Positions 24,801-37,250 are shown, counted from the stretch's first letter. The stretch: DNA of 64,000 nt from Macrostomum lignano (GCA_002269645.1 NIVC01000866.1:1-64000), one strand, 5' to 3'. Notes: generated by a model from the sequence alone, not told the origin. Program-made: numbers and translations.

Positions 24801-27233
24801 TCGACGAGTGCCGCCACCGCCGCCGCCGCGTTTGGATTTTCGAGTTGACGAGCCGCCGCCAGTGACAGAGGCGGGCTTGCCGCCCTTGCCGCTGCCGGCG
24901 CCGCTGAGATGATGCGGATGCGGCATTGGCTGCTGCTGAGGAGGGGGCGGCGGCTGCATTGACAGCTGCGGTGTGGCAACGGACTGCTGCATCTGATGAT
25001 GATGCAGATGATGCGGAGACGAAGCCCCGATAGGAAGCTGCGGCAGGAAGGGGAACCCGGAGCTGTCACCGCCGGGATAGCCGCCGCCGGCGCCGCAGGA
25101 AACTTCGCCCAGATTGGGATAGGACAGGCTGGGCTGGTCGGGCCAGTTCTCCCCGATCTCCGGCAGCACGTCGGCCCCGCTAGGACCAGCCAGGAAGCCT
25201 GGCAGCAGCTGCAGGTTATCGAATAGGGAGGCTGGGAGAGCTGTGGACACCTGCGGCGGCGGTTGCTGCTGCTGCATTGGCGGCATTATAGGCATCTGGG
25301 TTGGCGACCCGTACATAGGAAGCTGCTGTTGCTGCTGCTGAGGATGATGATGATGAGGCATCGGAGGCTGGGAAGGAGGATAATTTGTTTGTTGCTGCTG
25401 CTGTTGATGAGGCATCGGCGGCTGCATCGGCTGCTGATGAGGAGGAGGCGGATGCTGGGGAGGCATTTGAGGAGTCTGCTGAGCAGGCCTTGGCCTCGTT
25501 AATAACTCCTGAAGCTTCGATTGCTGCTGCTGGCGGGAGAAGCCCGGCGAGTCCAAAGCGTTGAGTCCGCCAGGAGTTAGCGATGAAGACGCTGGTGCAG
25601 CAGCAGCCGACTGGGGCATCGACAGTGTGAGCGGCTGCAGCGGTGGGTGCTGCTGTTGCTGCAAAGCATCACCGCCCGGCTCTGAATCAACTTCATTGCG
25701 TTTCCGTTTGTCTTTCTTGTGCTTCTTGCGCTTCTCTTTCTTATGCTGCCGGGACACCGAAGCCGTTTCAGCGTCCGCCGCCTCCCCGACGGCGGCGACG
25801 GAGTCTTCGGCGACATCGTCGGAGACAATCGCGGGCCGCTCCGAAGCGGGATTCTCAATCCTGATTGGCTTCACCACGGGTGACGGCAGCTTCAGCTTGA
25901 TCTTGATGCCCTCCCTGCTGACCACCGTCACCTGGCCCGAGGCTCCCGACGGTGTCGTCGAGGTGCTCGGATTGGTCTCGTTCGTGTCGTCCCTTGTAGA
26001 AGAAGACGAGCGACGCTCGCGCTCTTTCTTGCGCTTTTTCTTCTTGTGCCGGTGTTTCTCCCGCTTGCCAGACTCTTCTTGGTCCTGGTCCGGCTCGGCG
26101 TCATCGACTGGCCCCGACGTGGCCGACCCCGAGACTGGCGGGGCTCCGCCGCCCCCGACACCGGCGTCTTCCGCTGCCCGACCGCCGGCTCCGTTAGCCA
26201 GCAAGGACTGGCAGTAGAGAGCGAACTCGGGCCGCTTCTCAAATCGGCGGGTATTCTGCGCCAAAACGGCCTGGAACAGAGCCGGTGGTGCGGCAGCGGC
26301 GCACTGGTCGGATTTGAGCTCGATAGATGAAGTGTCGGTCTGGGTGAGGGCCCAGCCGATGCTCTCTAACAGGCGCATGTTGCCACGCCCCTGGGCCAGC
26401 TGCTGCTCGGCCTGCTGACCAACTCGCTGGCTGTAGTACAGCGACTGCTGGCGCGATAGACTGGACTGGACAGGCCTGGGCAGCGGCAGCTCGGGCAAGA
26501 CTGCGGGCGATAATCGATAGTATACTACTGTTAGTAGTGCCGGTTTGTTTCATTTCCACAGTAGATTGAAGGCTTATTCTAGATTGCCGTAGGAAGTTTT
26601 AGGATTATGATGATTGGCTGGGATTCCCTATGGGGAATTCCGGGATTATAAGTGGCTGGGATTCCTCATGGGAGATTCTCATTCTGCGATTGAGCAGATG
26701 GGATTTCCAATGGGGAATTCTGGGATTATAAGTGGCTGGGATTCCTCATGGGAGATTCTCATTCTGCGATTGAGCAGATGGGATTTCCAATGGGGAATTC
26801 CGGGATAAAAAGTGGCTGGGATTCTCCATGGGGAATCCCGAGATTATGAGTGGCTGGGATTCTTCATGGGGAATTCCGGCAGTATGAGTGGCTGGGTTTC
26901 CCTATGGGATTCTTTAATTAATGGGAAATTCGTGGATTCGTGATGGCGAGTGTGGATTCTCAAGGTACCATGATCTTTTATTAGAATATAATAGCACAAG
27001 TAACTGGGCTTCTTGGGAATTTTAAGAATCATGGCTGCTTGGGATTTTTTAGGACATTTAAGAAATCCTAATAATGATTATTAGGGAAGATTCAAGTGAT
27101 AGGAACAAGCAGTTGAATGAATGATTAGGACCATATTAAAAGGGTAAACAGACTCATAAACAAATTACTTACTGTCAGTAAGGCTTGTGATGCCAGCCAG
27201 ACTCTGTATTGGAATTCCTCCATTTCCAATCAT
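11712..27233 (-). CDS. NIPBL: Nipped-B / NIPBL / Scc2 cohesin loader; exons 27173-27233, 24461-26500, 22130-22530, 20584-21348, 19018-20315, 17375-18379, 15885-16298, 13543-14233, 12839-12945, 11712-11912; 1-bp deletion at ~19245
   Basis: N-terminus IPIQSLAGITSLTDILPELPLP matches the NIPBL N-terminal motif. HEAT-region motifs: RLWRELCMERV, NKPEWPAAE, RPFSQSFDIYL, VRTKAIKCL, DNSTSVREA, DTGISVRKR-VIKI, GYDWFEGLL, QGLIHP, LLYVADNLASFPY. All introns are GT..AG with consistent phases. Exons sum to 6983 nt; restoring one base gives 2328 codons. Confidence 0.96.
11909..12806. repeat. 28-bp minisatellite filling NIPBL intron 9
   Basis: Visible. The terminal unit provides the CAG acceptor at 11913-11915. 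Confidence 0.95.
13157..13495. repeat. 30-bp minisatellite (GAGTGACAATCCTACAGAATGAGCAACAAA)n, NIPBL intron 8
   Basis: Visible; about 11 units. Confidence 0.95.
14315..14985. repeat. 22-bp minisatellite (GACACAGATGGACACATTGGCA)n, NIPBL intron 7
   Basis: Visible; explains the C/V/H-rich ORFs. Confidence 0.95.
15445..15858. repeat. Imperfect (GACA)n microsatellite, NIPBL intron 7
   Basis: Visible. Confidence 0.95.
16345..17240. repeat. 23-bp minisatellite (GGGTTTGAGGGCGATTTTTGATA)n, NIPBL intron 6
   Basis: Period of 23 read directly. Confidence 0.95.
18462..18985. repeat. 20-bp minisatellite (AATCTACCCTCTCACCCTTC)n, NIPBL intron 5
   Basis: Visible. Confidence 0.95.
20372..20502. repeat. 32-bp tandem repeat x4, NIPBL intron 4
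   Basis: CTGTAATTACCAAGCTACAGACACTTAATTGG units at 20372, 20404, 20436 and 20468. Confidence 0.9.
21405..22070. repeat. ~23-bp minisatellite (ACCAGATACAAAGACACACAGAC)n, NIPBL intron 3
   Basis: Visible. Confidence 0.95.
23650..24400. repeat. 23-bp minisatellite (ACTGACATCAGAATGGCGCCAAA)n, NIPBL intron 2
   Basis: Visible; roughly 30 units. Confidence 0.95.
26610..26910. repeat. 80-bp duplication plus degenerate subunits, NIPBL intron 1
   Basis: GGGATTATAAGTGGCTGGG at 26642 and 26722. Confidence 0.85.
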
Positions 27234-27954
27234 TGCTGTAATTGAATCATGATATGCTCTATAACTACAACTATATATATTCTTAGATAATTACTCCTTA
27301 AACAAGTAGCAAAAAATCAAGTCTTTGCTAATTACTATTATTATGACTGTCATTCATACTATGTTGCAAAAAAATATTTACACGAATTTTTAATATTTAA
27401 TGATTATTTATAAAGATATTTAAAAAATGATCTTCATCAATCTGATTTTACAGTAAATACATTCAGATTGTAGTTGAAAGACTATATAATTTATTCATTG
27501 TTTTTAATTTTATACAGGTAAAATTTCAACCTAATAAAAAGTAAGCAATAGCTTTCTTTTATGGTTTTTATTTATAGCAATTATTATTTACCTAAGCAGA
27601 AGGGTTAGGTTATACAAAATATACTATCCCATTTAAGTAATAAGCATTCACTGTAAATAATAAGAGGCTATAAATCTGCTTATCTGTTGGCATTAAGAAA
27701 ACACTTTGGGGGTTTTAAGCTATCTGATGTGGCCACAGCCTTCTGCTACAAGCATAGGGCTGCAGTCACATCATAGGCACTTCTGTCTGCTGCTAGTACT
27801 AGTATCTAGAATAGGAACTTTTCTGCTGCCTCCATGCACTCTAAGCAGCCTTCTGCTGAGAAGTTGCACAATATTGCGCAATTGAGCTGTCATAATGAGG
27901 CTCATTAACATAGGGAATTAGGAAGTTTTCCTAGCTTAGGGTTAGTTAGTGGAA

Positions 27955-27971
27955 GCCGCCAAATTTGGCGC
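27955..27971. promoter_or_regulatory. Back-to-back E2F-like sites (GCCGCCAAATTTGGCGC) ~720 bp upstream of the NIPBL ATG
   Basis: Matches TTTSSCGC on one strand and a near-match on the other. Function is inferred only. Confidence 0.25.
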
Positions 27972-28769
27972 TTGCCTATACTGTTATTGCCTGGCCTGCC
28001 ACATATAATCACTCAGTGTACGCAAGTATAGTTAGCTGCACTCCTCCCCTTGTGCACTTGCTGGACCCTCTCCCTTTCTGCTCTCTTGTTCCTCCGCTAT
28101 CCGAGCCTCTCCCCATGCATCATTCTATTTTAGACTGAGGGTTTTGCGGACCCTGGGTCCTAAGCCAAACCTTCCCCTTGTGCAGCCTTGTGCGCATAAG
28201 CCCAAATTTGGCATGCTATTGTCACTGGTGGCTTGAAGTGACTGTCGGTGCTTTGAACAAGCTAATCTCTCCCTTAATCAATATCTGTTATGCATCATTA
28301 TCTGCACTTTTCTAGCTGCTGTTCTATGGTCAAGTCACGGAATGCCCAAATGCTCCACTTTTTGCATTCTTTATCAATGCATGCAGGCCAATTGTCTGGA
28401 TTTTTCCTTAGAACTGTTTTGACTGCTGGTCAGACTCATTGACCTGATTGCAGCGCATGGGCATTTTGGCGGACGGCGTCCGGCGCGGATCTAATACGGC
28501 GCGGCGCGGCGCGTACGGCGCGCGGCGATTAGTACGGCGCGGCGCGGTACTAATTAGATGCCGAGGCATTTAGGCTTGATAAGACAGTTATAGTTACTCC
28601 TGCCGTTTACCCAAAACTGCGTTAATTTTGCTTTAGGGTTTCTTTCACAGGTAAGTCATTTCACAGCGTGGCGCAGGTTGTGTAGGCGTCTGGCGTACTT
28701 AAGCCATGCGCTGCAATAGGGCTCATTGAGAATCATCTTCGAGTAAGCACTTTAGCACCAGTTAACAGC

Positions 28770-28910
28770 AAAGCAAAGCTCCTAAGCAAGTCTTGGTAGA
28801 GCATTGCAGCGCTCAAGCAGAAAGCACGCTCCTGAGTAGGTCTTGGTAGAGCATTGCAGCGCTCAAGCAGAAAGCACGCTCCTGAGCAGGTCTTGGTAGA
28901 GCATTGCTAG
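28770..28910. repeat. 50-bp tandem repeat x~2.7
   Basis: TCTTGGTAGAGCATTGC at 28791, 28841 and 28891. Confidence 0.9.
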
Positions 28911-30543
28911 TGCTATAGCTCTGGTTTTCCAGCCTACCCTATTGGCAGGAAATCAATTGGCTGAAGCCATTCTGCTGGTCATTGCTTCAATCAGAGTGAG
29001 AGTGATTGTGCCAGTTGCAGCACATGTGCACAATTCTAAGAAATAGCTGATAGCTTAGTTAGCGTGAGTCTATTGCTGCTTCAGGCGCATAGATCTATTC
29101 CTTGCCACCCATCTGCGCGAGACGTGGCTATTAGGTTAGTAGGAATTAGGGTCTTCTAAGAGCTAAACTCAGACATGCTCAAGTGTGGACAATTGTCAGT
29201 GCTAGGACTGCGCTGCTTAGGCCATTTGCTACCATTGAGTCCTATCATTTGGACATTGAAATATCTTAGACTAGTTGTTCTAGTGCAATTTATTTGTGTA
29301 GAACCCAAACAGACCCCTTCATTGTAGATCCTATGGTTCCTACACTAGTGGCAACACTACCCTTGATCTTAGATTTCTCCTCAGTCTTAGCCCCCACAAG
29401 TATACTTAGCAAAGTTGCTTCGGACAATAGCAGTCCACCCCACCACAGGAGCTAGAAAGCCAAGCACAACACTGGTGATAGCGATAGGATACTTAGTAAT
29501 AACACCACAGTCAAAAGCAGCCAAAAGCAGTCATTATATATCTAACTTTGCATCTATATCATTAAACTTTGTTAAAATAGCTATTTTAACATAAAAATGA
29601 ATTCATTTTAAGTTGTGTTTTCTGGCATCAATTTATATATACGTAAAAATGTACAATGTTTTGCTTCACTGTTTTTAACATATTCTATATTTTTCTAATT
29701 TTCTTAAAGAGTTCTTTAATTTAAAAGATATAAATCCCTACTTTTTATGCTATTTTAGATTTTTGGACTAGAGATTTCCATTTTTGGTTGTATTCTTTTT
29801 AACTTGTGGTAAACAGACTGAAGATCCTACTAAGAGCCCATAGTCAGGATCATAGCATGCCTGCACCAAAACAAATCCAATCAAAAAAGTTTGCACCATA
29901 CGCTGAAACTATTCTTATCAAAAAAAGTTTGTTTGTACTATATATTTAAATGATACTATCTAAAACTTAGATGATATTTGTTTTATATGTTGACCATAAA
30001 AATAACCATTTCACTATTTATATGGTAATGAGATCACTATATTATTGAAGTGCCATAAAAATTATTAGGCCTATAATATTACTAACAATTATCTTTGTTC
30101 ATATTATAAAAAGCCTTTGAACATTAAACCCTATGTGCAAAACAATTCTTTTGTATAGCATTTTCAATTATAGCTTTTATCTGTAACTAAAAATTAAAGC
30201 TGTTAAAATTCTAATTTTTTTCTAAGACAAAATTCAAAACAAGATCTGAGTTTTTGCTAGAGAAGCAAAGTACAAAATTGCACTTGTACCTAATTTAAAA
30301 GTGCAATTTTATGCTTAGCTCAGAGTGCAATTCTTTTTTTTGCTCCAAGTAGACATGCAAAGAAAAATTATTGAACCTTAAGGGTAAGGCCTAATGGCTT
30401 ATCTGAATTTTCTATAAGAAATTCAGGATTTTTTTAAGGCAGTGCTTATTTAGCCGGCACTGGTCGAATAAGTTCGCTACTATTTAGCCGGCACCTGTCA
30501 AATAATTGTGTCACTATTTAGCCAGCAGTCCCGCCCCACTGCC

Positions 30544-32307
30544 CAGTGTGACCACCAAAAATTACAAGAAATAATTAGCGCAGCACGAAAAAAATAGCGC
30601 AGGCAAAATCAAACAACAAACACCATTTATACATCGTAAAATTAAGTAAAAAGTTTGAATTTATACAACCATAAAGATGTTGAGTTATTCATAGTTAATT
30701 TGGAGTTTAAAACTTAAAATAGGGCCTATTTCGATTTAATGAGACAGAAGCAGACAGGCTGCTTTAGCGAAGAAAAATGTACATGTAAAACACTCCCGGC
30801 GATGAAGTAAAAAATATTGCAATGGTCACTGCGATGGGAAGTAGTAAATTGATTCTCGACTCTATTCTTCTACTTGCGCTTTTTGGGAGTGGGTGCATTT
30901 AAGCCACTGCCGCCGGTCTTGCTGTTGCTGCTGGAACTCATCCGCTTGCGAAGCTGAGCCTCGGACTTTTCTGCTTCCAGAAGGATTTCCTGGGCTTTTC
31001 TACGCGCCTCGTCAATTTTGCGCTGCTCAGCCTGCACCTGTTCCGCATTCCTTCGCCGCTCTCGCTCCTCCTCGTCAGCCTTTTTGCGTTCAGCCTGGGC
31101 ACGCCGCATAGAATTGAACTGCTCTTGGATTCGTGCCATTGCTGCTTTGTTTCTTTTTGCACGAGCTCGTGCATCGGCCTTTGCTTTAGCTTCGAAGCCG
31201 TCAGCTACGAGGGCTGGCCCAATCGCAACTGTTGATGATCGCCAGCTGTTGGCCTTAAGCCACACTTTGATAGCCAGAAGCGAGTCGAGTGTAAAATCAG
31301 ACAGTTTATTCCTTTGCTTCGTAAGAAGCGTGCCGATCCACTTGATGACGCGCTCGCTGTCCGCATTTCCGTGAGGGATACAGCAAGCAGCGCGACCAAG
31401 CGCCGTTAGATGTGGAAAGATGTCGGTGGACAAAGTGGCCCAGAATTCTTCGGGTGTCATGTCTGCAGATACATTAAAGTCATCAGGGCAGCAGGCGCGA
31501 AGCTTTGCTACCTCCAAACAAAGATCGTCAAGTCGTTCAGTAGGAACCACTGTCGTGAGGGCCCTAGCAACGCGCAAAACGCTTGTGTCGATGTTAAATT
31601 CTTCAGACACTGACAGCAAATACTTAGGATCGACAAACTGCAGAGCACGAAGCAGTTTGTTGTGCAGTGGCAAATAGGAAACAAGACGACTGGTCAACTC
31701 GACGTAAAACTTTCGAGCAGCCACAAAAAAGCTTAGCTTGTTCATTTCGGTTAACGTAGTCAGTGTCTTGCGTGTATTATTTCGATTACCAACTCTTTAT
31801 TCGAAACTTGATTTGCCCGGTCCTTGGCCTTTTCGGCAATCTCGCCAACAGTTGAGCAGTCCTGCACCACCTCGCCGCGAAGAAAGCTCAGCAAAATATC
31901 GCTGAGAAGTTCATCAAGACTTGCAGCAAGATGATGGACTTGGGTCGACTCAAGCTGAAACATCTTCTCAAACTTGTCGCAACGCGGCAAGACTTGCTCT
32001 AGGAATTGTAGGCGAGCAAGCACATTGTTGTTCAGGGCCTGCTTGATTCGCCGTGCTCTTACGTTTTCCAAGAAGTCAGGCGTAGCATTTAAAATTTGAA
32101 GCATTTAAAAGAAATGGGGGGGAGACAAACTCGATGTTTTGAAGCATTTTTTGGATACTTCATTTTGTGTATTTCATTTAAAACGACAAAATTACAATGT
32201 AGAGCAAAATAGCGCAGATACATCAAATAGCGCAGAAAATAGAGCAATAGCGCAGGCAAGCAAAAATAGCACAGCTGCGCTAAAATAGCGCAGTGGTGGT
32301 CACACTG
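30544..32307 (-). mobile_element. hAT DNA transposon, internally deleted, inserted inside another TIR element
   Basis: TIRs CAGTGTGACCACC (30544) and GGTGGTCACACTG (to 32307). Exact 8-bp TSD CCACTGCC at 30536-30543 and 32308-32315. Subterminal AAATAGCGCAG repeats at both ends. Carries the C-terminal transposase. Confidence 0.9.
30870..32104 (-). pseudogene. hAT transposase C-terminal fragment, frameshifted at ~31783, catalytic N-terminal part missing
   Basis: hAT dimerisation-domain motif CIPHGNADSERV...KQRNKLSDFTLDSLLAIK. ORFs 31760-32104 and 30870-31745 join if one base is restored (LVIGNNTRKTL...). Confidence 0.85.
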
Positions 32308-35300
32308 CCACTGCCGGCAATCCTGGCCCCCAATGGACACAGTGGTCAAAATACATTTATACATTTTATAATTGCGCACTGCTCGTCATGACCTTAAGTT
32401 AATAATTTAATATACTACAAGCTAATTATTTATACTACAATTTTGGAGTTTTTAGTTAAAGGTGTTTGCAGTGGTTTTTTGGCTTTAATGAGTGGTTTTG
32501 ATTTAGAGATTAAAGTGAAAGTAAAACATGCATAATTAATTTTTATTTTGTTTATGTGTCTTCTACTGCTTCAAATAATTTCCGGAATATGCAAGACTTC
32601 CAGAAACAATTAAACAAACTTGAAGGCAAGTAATAAATTGTACTGAATCTGCATTGATTTATATTCACTGTACCTACTTTGTATTGCCCAAAGTTTAAAT
32701 ATCTTGAATAAATATATATAATGGCGTGGCCATTGGGGGCTAGGATTGCCGGCTAAATAGTAACGAGCTTATTTGACCAGCAGTGGGGCAGGACTGCCGG
32801 CCCATAGTCAGGAAGGTGGCAGAGTGTGTGCCGGAATAAATTTTAGAGGGACAATCTGTGCGCCGTCTGTGCACCATCTGTGCGCCATCTGTGCGCCCTC
32901 TGTGCGCCGTTATTAAAAAATTGAATAATTACTACTGCACGCCGAAAAAAAATTTGTACATGCCCATTCTCAAAAATACGCCGGTGTTGCGACAATAAAT
33001 GACCTTTTTTTCGTTGTGACAATAAAAGACCTTTTTTTAAATTGCATAAGAGACCCTTATTATTAGATAATCTTGTTGCTTTTAAAGCTTTTTTGGCAAT
33101 ACTATTTACAACGGAAAGTTTATACACGCAAAGATTTGTTTAAATACTCTTTTACGAGCTGAAAAAAACTGAAAAGCTTGAAATTTGCACCTAAAAATGA
33201 ACTTTTTCATCTTTTTTCTACTTGATTCTATTGATTCTTCTCTTGATTCTATAAAGTGCACGCCAGGTATGCACGCATATTTTTTTCTTAGGAGTGATGC
33301 ACGCCAACTGTGCACACCTAATTTTGGCGTGCAAGGCCAATGCACGCCTGAATTTTCGGGCATATACTACATGATCCAGAGTGTGGGTGCGCCAACCGCC
33401 AATGTGCGCTGAGACCCTTTGTGTGCGTCGCGCTTGTGCGCCAATGTGCGCCGAGACCCTTTGTGTGCGCTGGAATTTTCCCCCTCAGAGGCCACCTTCC
33501 TGAATATGGCTGCCGGCTAAATAGTAGCAAACTTATTTGGCCAGTGCCGACTAAATAAGCACTGCCTTTTTTAAATGAAAAGAATGTCAATACAACAGTT
33601 GACAATAAGCCCTATCTTGTCTTGAACATACATGCGCAACTGTTGGCCGACCTGGCCGATCTGGCCACTGTAAATTGTGGTAGACAAAGTAGCAAAAATG
33701 CCCACCCCAAATACAGACGTGGTACTAATTAGCTGACGAGGCATTTAGCCTAAATAAGACACCATAGTTACTCCTGCCGTTTACCCAAAATTGTATTAAT
33801 TTTGCTTTAGGGTTTCTATCACAAGTAAGTCGCATTTTTTTGTCAAAAAGTAAGTCTTATGGCCAGTTTAAATTAGAGGTTGCGCATGTATGATTTTGAA
33901 ATTTGAATCTTGTCTCGTGGAGATCTTGTGAATATTCTACTAAACATTTAGTTTGATTAACTTGCAAGTACCTCTTAATCAACTTCAATAAATTTGGATA
34001 GGCCCCCTAGTAAGATAGTAATAGGCCCTATGTACAAAGCCAACATAAAAATGCAAATATAAAAATGCTTCAGAAGCCATGATAGAATATTAAAAAGGTC
34101 TAGATAGACACTATGTCTAGGCCTATTTCTTCGACTCTCGATTGCTGCCAGGTTTTTTTCTATAAGGATAGGCCTAGAGCTGATTGACAAACGACACTAG
34201 GCATAAACATGACAAATATTCGTTTCATACAATTTGACTAAGACTCAATGACGAGGTATAACATTGCCATTAAGTATTGAACTATAGATCAAGTTAGATT
34301 AATGACAACTGACAAAATTAATTTGCTTGCTTCACTCAGTAAGACGGACAGTGTCGAACGACGGACACCTTCATGCTTCATGGATGGATGGATCACGACG
34401 AACCCCGCTTAAAAAATTGAAGCCGATTCCTGGTTAAATTCCAAGTTAAACTGTGAGCCTCTTCACGGCAATCGATTCCAGAACCAGAATCGGTTCGGAT
34501 TTCCAAGAAAAAAAGCAGTATAACTATTTAACTTTGTTGAATGTTCGAGTGCCCTAACAGCATCACTTTGCACAATTTTTCACTTTCTTCTTGGCTATTG
34601 CCATTCAATAATCAAAGTATTAAAGCACTAATATCCCTCTAGTTATGGAGACAAAAAGTTAAACTTTACAAATTGGTTCTGGTTCTAGAACCAGAACAAG
34701 CAATATGAAGAGATCGCTTCCAAGTTAAACTGACGTTTGAATTCATTGCACTTTAACAAAGTACGGATCAAAAAAGTTGAAAAAATGACTGTTAAACTTA
34801 GCTAACTGTAAAGAAATTTCAAAGTTTTAAGTTAAAATATTAGGCTGAACTTCTGTACACACATAAATGAAACGCAGCATGAGAAGTAATAGATTTGAAT
34901 GTTATCGCGCGCTGCTCAGATACATTTTTATTTTACAAGCGTGCACATTCACTTGTACATAAATGAACTATCGAATTATCGCGCGCAATCTTTTGGGACA
35001 TAACTTTCAGACCATAATCTGTAAGATTTTACTACTGCCGCATCTGGGGCATGAGTTTAAAATTTTGACGCGGCTGAGACACGGCTAGCAACATGGAAGT
35101 GCGCATTCTCAGTTTTTGCCTCAATCTCGAAATTAGCTTTCTTTTGTTCATTTCTACTATTTAAAGGGTATTAATAACCATAATAATTAAAGATCTAAGC
35201 GATAGGTGTGCAACTATACTACTAGTTACTGTTTAGTCCTTGGTTTGTGTGTCTTGCTATTTTAAAGAATAGATATTTTTATATAATATATCTTTTAAAT

Positions 35301-36079
35301 TCTGTCTTGAAACTTTCATAGTAAAAGACACATTGAACACGAACTATGTTTTACAGTTATACTAATATACATTTTAGCAAAATAATAATTGCATTGTACT
35401 AATAAAAATAAAGTTAGAAATCTTTATAAAGAAGCATAACTTTTTGTTCCTCTATCCTCAATTTTAACAGCTAAAACATGTAGTTTTTTAAATGTAAGAA
35501 CTATTTCAGCTTTTAGGTAGCTTCATTTTAAAGAGATAATTTTTGGTACATATTTGAAATAAACAACTAAAAAGGTTCACAGTTTTATAGTCACTCAAAA
35601 TCCTGCTTATCAATGAAAACTCCTTTTAAGGCATCTAGAATTCAGTATTGAATCACATTATAAATCAATAAATAACTTTAAATCATTAAATCACAAAAAT
35701 AACCTTTTTGCATGCACTTGCATTTGCACTTTGAGCTCTCATCATTTGATTTTTATCCTCAGTAGTATTTTGTCCTAGTTATTTTTCATAAATTTTTTTA
35801 ATTGTGATTAATGACTTCTAGCTTTATCATGTCAGATAAAAAGCAATGTATAAGCTGTTGGGCATGTAGAAGCGTCAGAGCAAAATTTTCTTGAATAATA
35901 TAGGTATATTTGTCTGGAATAAGTAGAAAGTTTAAAAAGTACTAACTGTAAAGTTGTAAAACTGCCAAAGTTGGTAGAAGAAACACAAAAGTTAATAAAA
36001 AATGTGCTTCACAAAAATAGTGCAGTACCATCGAAAAATATGACTAATTTTATTTTCACTGTCCTTGCAGTTATTTCAG

Positions 36080-37250
36080 GTTGCACGTGGAGCATCAATT
36101 AAACAAATGGTTTGTAGTTCGCTTTGCTCAGAATGCGATGCAAGCCGTCAATGAACAGGACTTGTGCGCCATTACTGCAGCGAGCAAAGAAGAGGCTCCT
36201 CTACGTCTATGCTACGGGAGGAAAGTACATGTAGACGGACGCTCCTCGAGCAGTTTACAACCCGGGACTCTGATGGTCCCTGCTTTGCCTACCTTTGCGC
36301 TGATCAGGAACTGCCTCCCAATCATGGGAATAGAGACGGTGAGAATGATATGCTGGACAGCGCCTGGCACTTATTTGTTACAGTAGGCGGCTAGCTTGCA
36401 AAACTATAGATGAGAAAATGTGGTATTAGCTGTACAGTATATTTGTGTTATGTTTTGTTTTATGAGTTTCCCTTACTTTTTAGGGGCGCCGACAATCGGC
36501 AACCGTGCGACTGGAGCAGATGAACAAAAAGCTCGATAATTTGATCGAATTGTGCAGCGCCCAGAGTCACGTCGGTAGGACGGTTGGACAGGCTACACAA
36601 GAAAACACGCCTGAGGCTGAACCACAGGACAGGTTGATGGAGGAGCAAAATGGCATCGCGACTGGACAGGACGGCGATGAGGCGGCATGTACATGTAATC
36701 TGAATGATGAGCTCCCGGCCGTAACAAAAAACAAACAGCGACTCGACATCGCCATTCAGGCTAATGCTGCGCTCGATGCTACGGCAGCCACCAAGCTTTG
36801 TTTTTAAGGAGCTGCTAATCGAACTAATAGGTATGGAGGCTTTTCAAACTTAATTAACAATGTCTGTCACTTCCTTGCAAATATAAAGAAATGATTATCA
36901 TAATTTGAAGTTTTAGGTTTTGCAGTTTTATAATAATAAAAGCGCACTAAAGGTTCGCCATTTATAAAAGTTAAAGTCCAACGGCACATTTATATTTGCT
37001 GTTTATTATCATATTTCAGGTCGTGAGATCTTACATGCGACTCCGGCTCCTATATGCAAGGACTACTTAAGTAGAAGGACGGAAGACTCAGAATTGGTGA
37101 AAATTTCATTGGAGGCCGATTTTTCAATGTATCTCCTGTGTACGCTATTGATCGACAATCCTCCGCCAGTACTGAGGCCCAGCTTGAAATGGCGAAGACG
37201 CTAGCTGTCCGCGGCGACTTACTCGACGAGCTGCTCTTCCCTAGAAGCTA
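36080..37250 (+). pseudogene. Decayed multi-exon coding remnant, possibly a transposon accessory gene
   Basis: GC-richer blocks 36081-36390, 36505-36807 and 37020-37250 in AT-rich DNA, two preceded by TTTCAG. Coiled-coil-like RLEQMNKKLDNLIEL. Frames are interrupted by stops. Confidence 0.3.

Larger units (their letters stand above)
30438..33566. mobile_element. Non-autonomous TIR element (hAT-like, 8-bp TSD) hosting the hAT insertion
   Basis: ~55-bp imperfect TIRs GGCAGTGCTTATTTAGYCGGCACTGG... at 30438 and ending 33566. Exact TSD TTTTTTAA at 30430-30437 and 33567-33574. Internal inverted copy of end motifs at ~32725-32800. Confidence 0.85.

Noticed and set aside
27300-30400. Apparent CpG-poor, TAG/CTA-rich decayed DNA suggesting methylation-driven mutation
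   Set aside because: An impression by eye only; I could not compute CpG o/e or identify the parent element.
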